Shown here: positions 11,570 through 23,689 of the stretch, piece by piece | Layout of the letters: each line of letters opens with the position of its first letter | Position numbering within the stretch: position 1 is the first letter of the stretch | Origin: Trichodelitschia bisporula | Taxonomy: Eukaryota | NCBI GenBank assembly: GCA_010356995.1 | Contig: ML996703.1 | Location: forward strand, 682,001-746,000 | Direction of reading: 5' to 3' | Length of the DNA: 64,000 nucleotides | Notes under the pieces: model-generated | The model's input: the letters and a program-made list of their open reading frames with translations, nothing else | What the model was told of the DNA's origin: nothing | Database searches by the model: none | Program-made: the position numbers and the translations under genes

Positions 11570-13094
11570 CTAATTGTACTGCATGTACGTGGCGGTGGAG
11601 TTGAACTTTAAGTTACCCTTAATGACCTTGTCGACCGCCGCCAGGAAGTCCTTCTCGGTAGCCACCTTCCGCCGCGCACGAATCGCAAACATACCCGCCT
11701 CGGTCGCCACGCTGCGCAGCTCAGCGCCCGTCGCGTTGGGACACAGCCGCGAGATGAGCTCCCACCGGATGTCGCGCTCGCAGGACATGCTCTTAGCGTG
11801 GATGCGGAGGATGTTGGCGCGGCCCTCCATGTCTGGGAGGGAGAATTCGATTTTGCGGTCAATACGGCCGGGTCGCATGAGCGCAGGGTCGAGGGTGGAT
11901 GGCCGGTTGGTGGCGAACATGACCTTGATGTTGCCGCGAGAGTCAAAGCCATCCAACTGCGTAATGAGCTCCAGCATGGTCCGCTGCACCTCGTTGTCTC
12001 CACCTGCGCCGTCATCGAAGCGCGCTCCACCGATCGCGTCGACCTCGTCGAAGAAGATGATGCACGCCTTCTTTGTCCGTGCCATCTCGAACAGCTCTCT
12101 CACCATCCGCGCGCCTTCACCGACGTACTTCTGCACCAGTTCGCTGCCGATGACGCGAATGAAAGTGGCATCCGTCCTGTTTGCAACAGCACGGGCGCAG
12201 AGGGTCTTACCGGTACCGGGGGGGCCGTAGAGAAGTGCACCCTTCGGCGGGTCGATTCCTAGCCCGACGAAACGCTCTGGTGATAGCAGGGGCATCTCAA
12301 CAACTTCTCGCAGCTTCTCGATCTGCTCTTTGCATCCACCAACATCGCCGTATGTGACGTCTGGCTTGTCTTCGACCGTCATCATGGTCACTGAAGGATC
12401 GATCTTGGGAGGCAGAGGAAGGAGGATCTGGTATTTGTTTCGGTCGACGCTGTATGCCCATATTAGCACTGTTGCAGAGGGCATGAATGTGCCCATCATA
12501 CCCGACTCTCATCCCTTCCTCAATGTCCGTAGGGCTGACGCGATCCCCGAGGTTGACAACGAACTTCGCGATCTGCTTGACGTTGATGACATATTTGTTC
12601 TTCTCGGGATCCTTCTCGTCCTGGATGATCTTCGTACACCGCGCTACCTGCAGAGGCTGTTCCTCTTGCATCCGTTGTCTGTCGGCAGCGATATCCCAGA
12701 GATGTGGTGGTGCGAGACCGGTATCTGATTCCTAGAGGCGTGGTGGTTAGAGCGGACGTCGTAGTTGCAGATCGGCGCGAGCATTACCTTGACACCTTCA
12801 TCCTAGTTAGTATAGCGTTACGCCGTTACGGATTTAGTACTGACCTATCTTGTCGTTGACGCTTGCTTGCTTCTCCTTGATGTCCTTCTCCAGCTTCTTC
12901 AACTGTGCGGCATACGGGGCGGCTCCGTAGGTCTTCAGAACTTGAATGTCCCTTGGCTGATTAACGAACGCATCTTTGGAGAGATCAGGAAACCTTACTC
13001 GTCGGAGAGCGGTGTGATCTTCTTCTCCTCTACCTCATCATCGGCGAACTTCTTCTGGTACTTCTCCCAGTTTTGGCCGGTCGCAGATGGCATC
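11570..13094 (-). CDS. RPT1: 26S proteasome regulatory AAA-ATPase subunit 7 (Rpt1/PSMC2)
   Basis: Start [24 protein letters not shown]; Walker [20 protein letters not shown]-terminus [10 protein letters not shown]. Four introns, including an 8-nt micro-exon. Confidence 0.97.
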
Positions 13095-13253
13095 TTGAGT
13101 TCGCCGGGTGGAGATTCAGATGTCGGGGTGGATTTGCTGGATTATGCGCAAGGGTCGGGTTAGATTCGAAGGGGAGTTGTGGCAACGGTGAATAGACGAT
13201 GAAAGCAGCAAAGGTCGTGGATTGGTAAGAGAAGCAGTGAGAGGCGACCAGAC

Positions 13254-13259
13254 AGCTCC
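13254..13259 (-). promoter_or_regulatory. GGAGCT motif upstream of RPT1, candidate filamentous-fungal proteasome (Rpn4-type) element
   Basis: AGCTCC on the + strand, 160 nt upstream of the RPT1 ATG. I recall GGAGCT as enriched upstream of proteasome genes in filamentous ascomycetes; a single hexamer can arise by chance. Confidence 0.3.
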
Positions 13260-13471
13260 GAGCACGCCGCGCGTCGGTCACCGCGCAAGAGGTGGATCAA
13301 CGTTTTTCCGGAGCATGCAGGTTGATAGAACATCGGACGGCTGGCCTCAGTGCGAAGCAGCTTCTCAACTTTCGCGGTGTTTCTTGTTAGTAAAGCAACC
13401 TTTCTACATCCACAACCTCCCAACTACACCCACTTTGAACATTGCACGTCTCTACCTACGGATCTGCCAAA

Positions 13472-13823
13472 ATGCCGCAGGCGCAGCCCGAGTTAAAGAA
13501 GTACCTCGATAAGCGTCTCTTCGTTCAACTCAACGGTAGCCGGAAGGTTATTGGTGTCTTGCGCGGTTATGATGTCCGTATCATCTTCTACATTTCGCTT
13601 GGACTGTTGCTGAACCTGCGCTAGGTCTTCCTGAACATCGTTCTCGACGAGGCAGTGGAGGAGAAGGCCGGTGGTGAGAAGGTTCGCATCGGCATGGTCG
13701 TCATTCGCGGAAACTCAGTTGTCATGCTTGAGGTATGCACTATACTTCCCAGCCTCGTACACCACTTTCATGCTAACCATATTGTAGGCTCTCGAGCGTA
13801 TCGGAGGCGATGATAGACGCTAG
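13472..13823 (+). CDS. SMX2: Small nuclear ribonucleoprotein Sm G
   Basis: [47 protein letters not shown]...[26 protein letters not shown]. Two introns. Confidence 0.96.
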
Positions 13824-14913
13824 TGTTCGAGAAACCCCCGTTATGACTAGCTTCTGGCGTTGTTATGGAATGGGCTTATGGGATCAATGGACGCGTGTTT
13901 AGGTAGTTACTCCCTAGCCCTTCACATCTGCACTGAAAGCTTACGCACGACGTGAGATTTATGGGCTGTCCAACTCGCAAAATACTAGGTGTTGTGGTTT
14001 GTTTGCCCCAAAAATGATACTAACTGATGTGGATAAGGGCAGGAGTATTGCTATACTGGAAGAAGCATATATCATTTAGGAAGCAGCGAATGACGAGCTT
14101 GGCTAGGTACGAGCGTTGTATTTAGTCTCGAGCGGCTCCGCCGCTCACCAATTTCTCGCTCTTCATCTTTCTACACACTTTCGCTCCGCACTCGTTAACC
14201 TTGCACGGGCCGGGAGTCATGCTCCCATTACCAACCTTCAATGATTTCTACACGAAGAACCATTTGAGTACAGAAACAGACTTGAATGTTTACGTTGGAT
14301 CGGAAGCCACTCAGATGAGGTTACCGCCAATTATCAGATTGGTCCCACACGCTCGCGGCGCTCGACAAACTCCTTCCGCTGACTTGCCGAAGCCGGACGG
14401 CTGGAGGGCTCGCATCCGTTAAGAACATGCCCACTCGCTCTCTATATCATGATTAGCGGATGACATCACGAATTGGACCATTCAAGACGGCTAAACAAGT
14501 ACAAGCCGCAAGGCTAGCGTGTACAAACTTAAGTGGACTTGCTATGTTGCTCCACAGTGCAATATCGGAAGCTCAAATGAAAACATCGGTCCAAAGCCAA
14601 AGCTTCTAGGCCAACATAACCCTGCAGAAGAAGCGGTTCGAAATATGTGCATGAAGCTCGTTTTGCGACGTGAACTCCGTATACTACAGACACTTGACTT
14701 GGCCCACGAAACTGTACACCCGCCCGGAGTCGTCACCGCCTGCATACCCGTGGGAAAGGCCAAAGAGGAGGGCTAAAGAAGCACGGCTGGAAAGAGAAAT
14801 GCTGCCCGAAGCTCGAAAGAGTCGAGAGAGGAAGAATTATACAAGGCTCCACCCAAACGCGATAAGCCATCACCCCAAATTCTATACACAAACGAGAAGG
14901 TATCTAGGTAGTC

Positions 14914-17529
14914 TTACAGTACTTCGCCGATGATCTTGGCCGCTTCTTTGTAGGTCCTTAGAAGCTTCTCGCACTTTTCACGCTCCGCCTTGATCGCGTC
15001 GTCCTCGTACAGGAGTTCCTCAAATAGGCTTTCCTTGTATAACTCGCTAACAAGCCGGTTCTGCACCACGTCCTTGGAATGATTCACAAGTAGATGCATG
15101 ACAGCCTTGGGGACCTGGTCTGCAATCGTTTCGCGTACGATGTTGAAATATGATGAGATTAGTCGCCTGATGAGTTCCGTCTCAAGCGCCTCCCGCTCAG
15201 TTAGCGCAGGTGCTTCTGAGTTCGTGTCCCACGGCTGTCAATCGTCAGTTATCCAGAGACAAAGAATGCGACTTATGAGTACTTACCATGCCAGAGTCGG
15301 CGGGGCGTGCGATGTCCATGTCGTCTTCAATCGGTTCCGGAACCGGCTTATCCTGCACCCGGCTGTCGCCACGACGAATGCTACCTGAAAAGGTCGGCTC
15401 CACGTTGGTGCTGACATGCCTACTCGATGGTCGCTCGTACATGCTGTTGCTTCGTGGTGCATTCGCGACCGAAGAAGCTGCCTGCGCCATGGCCTGGTCC
15501 TTTCCAAAGAAATATTGGAGAAAGCTATCTTTCGCACCAGTCTGTTCTGAGCCTGAGCGCATACCGCTGAGCTGAGCGGACATCGGATGAGAGCCGTTGG
15601 TTAAGTTGTGGCCAATAGCAGGCGACATGCTTCTGCTGTGCTTCTGAGCGTGGTGGCCCCGGAAGGGTAATTGGCCCGCCTTGTCGCCACCTTCCACCAG
15701 CTCTTCATCATCCTCGGGTGTCTCAGCACCACCACCATTGAGCCCATTGAGTTCCTTCATGCGTCGCCGTTCCCGCTTCTTTCGCTCCTCAGCCGCCGCA
15801 AGTTTCCGCTCTTTCTCCTGCTTGTCGTTGATAACTGAGGACATGGCAGCAGCAGCACCGAGGAAGTTGGGATGGTTGGTATTGATATAGGCACGCTGTA
15901 TCGCAATCAAGGACTCGACATAGTGGGAACAGGGCCCCAAGCGCTCCCGGAGAAGCTCGGAGATAACTTCGATGAGTTTGGCCTGCAAGCGCGGATACCG
16001 GCTGAGCTCGTTTGACCCGCAGGTGTGTCCGATTTTGATTAGCTCTTCGTACACAAGCTCTACACACCGTTGACTCGGAACTTCCAGGAGCTTGATTTGG
16101 GGCTTAACAAGGAGATCAAACGCCATCTCGGGCACGAAAAGACTGGGGCGTGGTCCAGTGGAGTTACGGATCGCAGTTCGAATGTCCAGCACTGAAAGGT
16201 TGTGCGTCGGATCTATCGATTCCAGAGAATTGCCAAAAACGGAGTTGAAAATGTAGTATATGCGAGCGCCACCACAGAGCTCCTTTGTTGAGATTTCCGA
16301 TGAAGTGCCGTCAATGGAGGAAATAAACGACGTCGCAAAGCGGGTCATGAGCTGAAGGATTAGGGAACCTCTGTGCTCCTTGCCGGTGAAGGCGACATTC
16401 CCATAGCTTGCCAGCTCTTGCTGCGTCTGGCCCATCAGCGTGTTAAGACGCGCCTTGATGTCGGGCAAACGCTCCCGGATGTGGTTCATGAGAGTCGTAT
16501 TCAGAGACTTCGCGAGAAACTCTGTGCCACACCGGTTTGCCATGTTCCGATATGCAGGGTGATGCCTGAAGAACTCCCGCTCGGCCTGCAAAGCGTCCGA
16601 CAAAGGCTTGTTGCCCTGGATATCCTGTTGTGACCGATTTACAACCCCGATAAACCCAAGTTTCAAAGGGTAGACACGACCACTCAGGATATCCAGTGCG
16701 TTGGTCCCGTGATCCATCAAATCCACCTTGGTAAGGACACCGATGGTTCTTCGGCCCATGGGGTCAACATGGCGGGCAAGCTTGAGTGCCTCGGAGTTGA
16801 CAAGATCAACGTTGGCGGGGGAGACGGCGAGGATGATACTGTTCGGCTTTGCGATGTACTCTGTGATAAGGTTTCTGGTTTGTTTTTCAATGTCCGACGG
16901 CTGGTCGCCAATAGGAACCTATGAGGTCCGTTTAGCTCTAGACCACCGCAAGGTTTTCTCACCGCATGATCTTACCTTCGTCAGGCCCGGCAAGTCAACC
17001 AATGTCAAGCTCAAAACGTGGGGAGAGTAAATCTTAAGGTTGATGGGCTGGCGGCTGATGCCCTTGTTGCTTCCTGCTATCCGCGCCGTTTCGGCCTCAA
17101 TCTCCCGCTTGACCTCTCCGAAATCATACCAGCGCCGTCCCGGCACATGAAGGAATTCGGCCCATTCAGTCTGTCCCGCAACGCTTGCCGGAGTGTGGGG
17201 CACGTAGACCTCGTCACTGCCCGGCAAATCGTCACGCTCACTGGGTACATTGATTAGTTGAAGGATCAAGGGCCGTCTGGTAACGATGCCGCTTCCTCGA
17301 GGCAGAAAATCTCTGCCAACGATGTTCTCAAGGACGGACGATTTGCCTGACGACTGCGAACCGACGACGACCTGAAAGCAAACATTAGCCTTAGTATTCC
17401 AACATTTTCTTCCAGTATGGGTACACCGACAATTTGAGGCAAATCGAGGGAGTCATTGCCGATAGTATTGAAGACTAAGTCTTGCAGCTTGTTGACAATA
17501 TGAAGGAGGTCCTCGCCGAGGGAAGCCAT
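14914..17529 (-). CDS. DNM1: Dynamin-related mitochondrial fission GTPase Dnm1
   Basis: [35 protein letters not shown], insert B region and GED ([17 protein letters not shown]). Three introns. Confidence 0.96.
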
Positions 17530-18796
17530 CTTTAGGAATTGGTGGGAGGACGAGAGGTAGTTTGGTGACTTGCGGGTTTTCTCAGGTATCCGAAAAACGC
17601 CCCAGGTTTCCGAAGCGGGGAGTAGTCTCCCCTGCGGCAGCGGGACTCGGAGGTGGGCCGGCGAGGTGATGGGTCGGTATCGATTGTGGATAAGGTGCCT
17701 TCAGCCGGCGGATAGTTGAAGAGATTAGGCCGGGGCAGTAAAACAAGGCCGACTAGCTATTTGGGCTGGTGAGGATGGAGGACCACAAGATGTTCTACAG
17801 GCGTGCGAGCGCAAAGTTACGTCTGTTTGGCTTGGCAGAAACAACCAAGGTTTATGTTTGCCTAGCCAGCAACCTGGCATGCCTAAGCCATCAATATCCA
17901 ACCACTATTTATCACGTGTGAATCGCTCTTCCTCAGTCGCATTCGTCGAAGTGACGTCGGACCTGATGACCGCTGGGATCTCGAGGACAAATTTCGGTAT
18001 CGGCAGCAAAAATTACTAGGAATAAGGCTACGGCTCATGCGCGTGCCATTACAGTGTCGCGCAGCTTTGCCAGTTAACTGCCTTCTGATCTACCGAGGTC
18101 ACGCTCATTTGCGTCACTCGGGCTGCAGCTGCGTGAAATGAAAGAACTGACGTTCGTAGGCAAATTGAGTTGATTCGCAAACTCCCACTCACACTGTATC
18201 TTCCTGAGCTTTCGTGAACTTGTCACGCTGATATTGTCCGATTACTAGCAGCAGCTCCGCGCCCGCGACCAAACCAAACGCTTGAACACCTTTGCTCATA
18301 CCGCAATTATGCGCAAGCCGTAACAGAGCGGTGGATCTGTGAGAAATATCCATTGACGTGGCATGCAGCCTCAGAACATCCGGAGTTCTGCAGCAGGGTA
18401 CGGTAGCGGTACACGTCACAGCGTGTCTACGGAGCAGCACGGTAAACTTGGCACAAACTGCCGCCCCATCAGTAAAGCAAATTACTTTCGTTAAGCATCG
18501 GAGGCATGGACCTCCAAATGCTTTAGGTGTGTGACCCACTCGCGCAGGCGACACGCCGAGTTCATTGAGCTACATAGCGCGCTACTCGCTCAAGAACAGT
18601 ACAGTCTTTCGTGATGCTCTGTAGAAACCCATCCTGCCCTTTCTACTAGTCTGGTTATCATGGCCACCCAAGCGGTAAAGGTCATTGCGACAAATGGAAT
18701 GTCAACTATGGAGCGCAAGTCGAGGGGCCAGTGTTACCGGACTTGACAACACCGCAACCTGACCAAATTTCCACGACCAACACGGATGCGACGCAT

Positions 18797-20633
18797 CTAC
18801 AATGCAGAAAATACGAAGAGCTAAGAGTGGTCAGCAACTATATGACGAGCAATGTACTACATGAACCTACATTGTTGGTTGCCGCTATGGCGATGCTGTC
18901 CTCGAACGGGTGCCAGCTCATGTGTAATATCTTCTTCTGGAAGTCGATCTGATCTGCATCGGTTTCCTTCCGCATGCGCTGGCCAGGACCAACCGCACCG
19001 GCCGCTGGGCTGCCCGCCCGCGAGTTGCTTTTCTTCGCTCCTGTCGGGCTCGTCGAGTTCATCGGAGTGGGAATACCAACCTTCTTGGCCTTGAACGCAG
19101 ACTTATCAGCTTGCAACACAACCTCAGTGTCTTTCTCCGGGTCCGAGGGATAGATCATGAAGTTGTTGTTGTAGCTGCCCGTCATCACGTTCTTGGCATC
19201 GCCTGAGAACACGACTTCGAATTTGTCAAAGATGCTGTCATTCTCGTATGTGTCGCACAGCCGAGGCCGAAGATGTTCGTGTATGGGAATCGTCTTGATC
19301 GGTTGGCGTTCCATGTTTACGTCCCAGATCTTGACGGTAAGGTAATCACGCGAGAGGATGTAACGGCCGTCATGAGAAAACCGCACGTCGGAGATGGACG
19401 AGATGATCTCAGAGAAGAACGAACGAGACTGGGGGTCTTCCTCTTGCTCGAATTCTAGGAAGGCATTAGTACATAGGCGCCCCTAGCAAACAGGGGCGAA
19501 CTTACGCTTCGAATGCTTGTCGCAAAGGGCCCGCTCCCTCATGTCCGCCAACTTGATCGTCCCCTTGGAGCTCGCGTACATGAACCAGTTGCAGCTCTGA
19601 GGGTGGAACTCTGCAGCTGTGATGACCTCCGTTAGCTCCTCCATATTGGCCGGCTTAATGTCCACGATGTTAAAGCTCTGGTCCTGGATATTCAGATTCC
19701 ATAGGTTGATACGGAGATCATCGCTGCTGATGAAAGTCTCGCCATCGCTGTTGACAGATATGCTGTTGATGTGGTAGGCGTGAGCATTCGCATACGTCTT
19801 CCGCGGAACAGCCGCAACAACCGTATCGTGGTGTGTCAGCCGGGGCAACTTGAGGTCGGCGGTGGACCGGAAGTGCGCATTAGGGTTCCGAACCGGGCCT
19901 CCTCCACCGGCAACGCCGCCACCCGGCGTCAGCTCATGCGACAAGTTGTTCTCAGCGACAACCTTCAGCGACTTTTCGAACACCTTCCACAGTTTGATCG
20001 TCTTATCATTTGTGGAGAGGAGGTAATGGGAGGAGTTCTGGCGGCGGCACCACTTGATCTTGTTGATCTTCTCCTCGATCTCCAGCGACTTCAGGTAGTC
20101 AAACTCCGGTTCGTGTGATTGAAATTCTGTGTGAAACTTGTATTCACACGTCTTTTTCTGTGCGACAGTCAGAGACGCAAGAACGTGTGGGAACTGGGGG
20201 AAATCAAGCTGACCGATTCATTCCGCTCGAAGAGCACTACCCTGCCTCCCTTGTCGCCTGTCGCAAGATAGTTTCCCGTTTGATCAAACTCAACCGTTGA
20301 GATGATATCCGCTGTCGATGGAGAGTCAGATTTTCCCTGGACTAAAACACCGGCATCGTTCGCGGGTGCGCCAAGCGAGACCTTAAAGGGAGATGCACAC
20401 TCACCCTCCGTTATGTCTTCCACATCGCCCTTGTCGCCGAAGCACCTGGGAAAACATGTTAGCTGATGATTCCCAAGCTGTGAACAAGCTTGCCACTAAG
20501 GGCTCTCAAAGCGCACTAGAGGCCATCCGCATAGATGCAAATCTGTCCGGGCAGAAGCCGCAAGCTGCGGAAGGGGAGTGGCTTACTGCGTGAACTTCCA
20601 CGTTGTGGGATTACCCTCAACCGCTTCAACCAT
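18797..20633 (-). CDS. CDC55: Protein phosphatase 2A regulatory B (B55) subunit
   Basis: [54 protein letters not shown] motif ([11 protein letters not shown]) and ATNN|LFVFSAL*. Confidence 0.96.
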
Positions 20634-21419
20634 GATTTCCGAATTCTTTTACCGCCAGCCAGGCCCTCTTTTCGAACTTGAGTATCGTGCACCTTGACCG
20701 GAAGTCAAAAGACTGGATGTAGATATGCCAAGTCGAAAGGCCGATAAACGAAGTTGCCGCGTAGAGATGGTCAAGCTGTGGGTTTGCGAGAGTATAGGCA
20801 GATACGTGTGGCGACCGTGAGGATTTGAAGACGGGTATTTTCGTGGGCTGGCGCAGCGGGCAGACAGAACTACAGTGGATGGGGGGGTTGGGCGGCGGTG
20901 ACGAGGATATGCTGGTGGCAGACGCTGCTGAGTGCGTGTCGGCACAACAGTCGATGAGGAGGGTGAAGGGGTGTGGAGAGGTGGTTGGAGGGTTATGGAT
21001 TCAAACAGTTGGACGAGCGAAAGCAGTTCAAAGGTGTGTTGCTTGTGCTGTAGTGGTGTGGGGAGTGGGGAGGTGTGACTTGCGTGTGCGCAGTTGCAAG
21101 GTTGAAGGTCGAGACGTCAAAGGAACCCGGCTTGGTGGCTGGCTTGCTTAGGCTCTTGGGTTTGTGAGGGGAGGGGGTAGAGGATGGAGGGGATGGGGGA
21201 GGAGGGGTGGTCCGCACACTCGTTGGCCGGCCTGGTTGGCTGGCAAAGTTCTTGGGGGCTTGGCAAACGTCTTGCAGCAAACGGCGCAAAAGCTCCGACC
21301 CTCCGAAAAGCGAACCGTGCGGTCCCACAACTTGAAAATCGATCCCACAACTACACTCTTGTTCGGCTTCTTTCCACGAACAACTAACCCAGTCGTCAAC
21401 ACCGCACAACCGCTCGACA

Positions 21420-22767
21420 ATGTCCCACCGGAAGTTCGAGGCTCCCCGCCATGGGTCATTGGCATTCTTGCCTCGCAAGCGGGCTGCCCGTCATCGCGGC
21501 AAGGTCAAGAGGTTAGTTGACATTTTCCACGGTGCGAAAAAGCACCAAAAAGTGTCTATCGCTAACCAAGACGACAACAGCTTCCCGAAGGATGATCCTA
21601 AGAAGCCTGTCCACCTTACGGCTGCTATGGGCTACAAGGCCGGCATGTCCACCATCGTTCGCGACCTGGACCGCCCCGGCGCGAAGCTGCACAAGAAGGA
21701 GATTGTCGAGGCGGTCACGATCATTGAGACTCCTCCGGTGAGCAGGCAATTAGCTGCCAATTATCTGGCTGGATTGCTCACGCTACGCAGATGGTCGTCG
21801 TCGGTGTGGTTGGCTACATCGAGACTCCCCGTGGCCTGCGGTCCCTCACCACCGTCTGGGCTGAGCACCTGAGCGACGAGGTTAAGCGCCGCTTTTACAA
21901 GAACTGGTACAAGAGCAAGAAGAAGGCCTTCACCAACTACGCCAAGCGCCACTCTCAGAACAGCGGCCAATCTATCACCCGCGAGCTCGAGCGCATCAAG
22001 AAGTACTGCACCGTCGTCCGCGTCCTCGCCCACACCCAGATCTCCAAGACGCCACTCAAGCAGAAGAAGGCTCATCTTATGGAGATCCAGGTCAACGGCG
22101 GCAGCATCCCGGACAAGGTCGAGTATGCTCGCGGCCTCTTCGAGAAGTCGGTCACCATCGACAGCATCTTCGAGCAGGATGAGATGATTGACTGCATCGC
22201 CGTCACCAAGGGCCACGGCTATAGCGGTGTGACTGCCCGTTGGGGGACCAAGAAGCTTCCGCGCAAGACCCACAAGGGTCTCCGCAAGGTTGCTTGTATC
22301 GGTGCCTGGCATCCGTCTCACGTCCAGTGGACTGTTGCCCGCGCCGGTCAGATGGGTTACCATCACCGTACGTCGGTCAACCACAAGATCTACCGTATCG
22401 GCAAGGGTGAGGATACCGGCAATGCGTCCACCGAGTTCGATGTCTCGAAGAAGCAGATCACGCCGTAAGTTCCCTACCTCTGCAAACATAGCAATTTTCT
22501 AATGTACATAGGCTCGGTGGCTTTGTCCGCTACGGTGAAGTCAAGAATGACTTCGTGCTGCTGAAGGGCTCCGTGCCCGGTGTCAAGAAGCGGGTTATGA
22601 CCCTGCGCAAGTCCATGTTCACGCACACCAGCCGTAGGGCTCTGGAGAAGGTCGAGCTCAAGTGGATCGATACGTCTTCTAAGTTCGGTCACGGTGCGTA
22701 CCAGACGGCGGCGGAGAAGCGGCAATACATCGGCACGCTCAAGAAGGATCTTACTCCTTCGGCGTAA
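21420..22767 (+). CDS. RPL3: 60S ribosomal protein L3 (uL3)
   Basis: [34 protein letters not shown] and [11 protein letters not shown]. Three introns. Confidence 0.98.
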
Positions 22768-23295
22768 GGCTCGTGGGTTGTGCCTTATTGTGGTTACTGG
22801 TGATTGGCGTTACTGCCCTTCAAAAGGATGGGATAGGTAGCATCAATGGAGCATGAAATGCACGCCTCAACGAATGCTATGGGTTTTTTATGAAGTGCCA
22901 TCAATTTGCGCAGTGACCATGGGCGATGTCGGAGCAATGGAGCACTTTACAGAGCCAGCCAGCCGGCCCGAGATGCTCGGGTGGGCGGCCGGGACAGTCG
23001 GCTATACCGGCTAGATAGCAGCTGCGCCCTGGTTGCTGTGAAATTCTCTCACTTTATGTCATGATAAACTTCTGGAATACAGTATCATGCTCATGAACAT
23101 CCGCTTTGGGTCATCTGCTGTGATGGCGCTCACAGGGCGGACAGTGTTGATGCTTGTCCGAGTTCCCACTGCCCCGAGGCACCAGGCTCAAAGGGCTCTC
23201 ATCTCCACGCACCACCCCACAAAGGTTCCAATTACTAGCCAACAAGCGCCCCGGTTCAGAGTCGAGGGGCGGCTACAGCGGTATCATGCAATTGA

Positions 23296-23314
23296 CCAAT
23301 CATGGGGCGCCAAT
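23296..23314 (+). promoter_or_regulatory. Tandem CCAAT boxes upstream of SDH1 (candidate CBC/Hap sites)
   Basis: CCAAT at 23296-23300 and 23310-23314, ~390 nt upstream of the SDH1 ATG. CCAAT-complex control of respiratory genes is established, but function here is untested. Confidence 0.35.
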
Positions 23315-23689
23315 ATCTAAGCCCCGAGGGAAGCCCCACGTGGGACGATATGGTCGGGAGCATAATCTCAGAGGCTCTGGGGGCCGAAGCGAACAAATTT
23401 GAGAGGGCAAAGCGTAGTACAAAAATATTTCGCTGTGTGAAATTCAAACCGCGACGTTGTTGACGGGTACAGTAGCGTGGTCGGAAGGGAAAGACTTAGT
23501 TGTGAAGTTGGAGGTTGCGAACAAAGCTTCTTCCCTCGGCACCTGGCTCGCTCGCTTGCCGGCATTGCCCGCCGTCATTGAAGTTGGATCCTCAACTCTG
23601 CACTAAACACAAGTGTTCAGTCCAAGCAAGACTCCTCGCCCTCCTTCACCACCGATTTCCTCGTTCTTCGCTCAGGTTTCGCAGGAACG

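Noticed and set aside
23060..23152. Two adjacent hairpins between RPL3 and SDH1 (CATGATA...TATCATG; CTGTGA...TCACAG) resembling an H/ACA snoRNA
   Set aside because: No ANANNA H box between the hairpins on either strand; stems are short.
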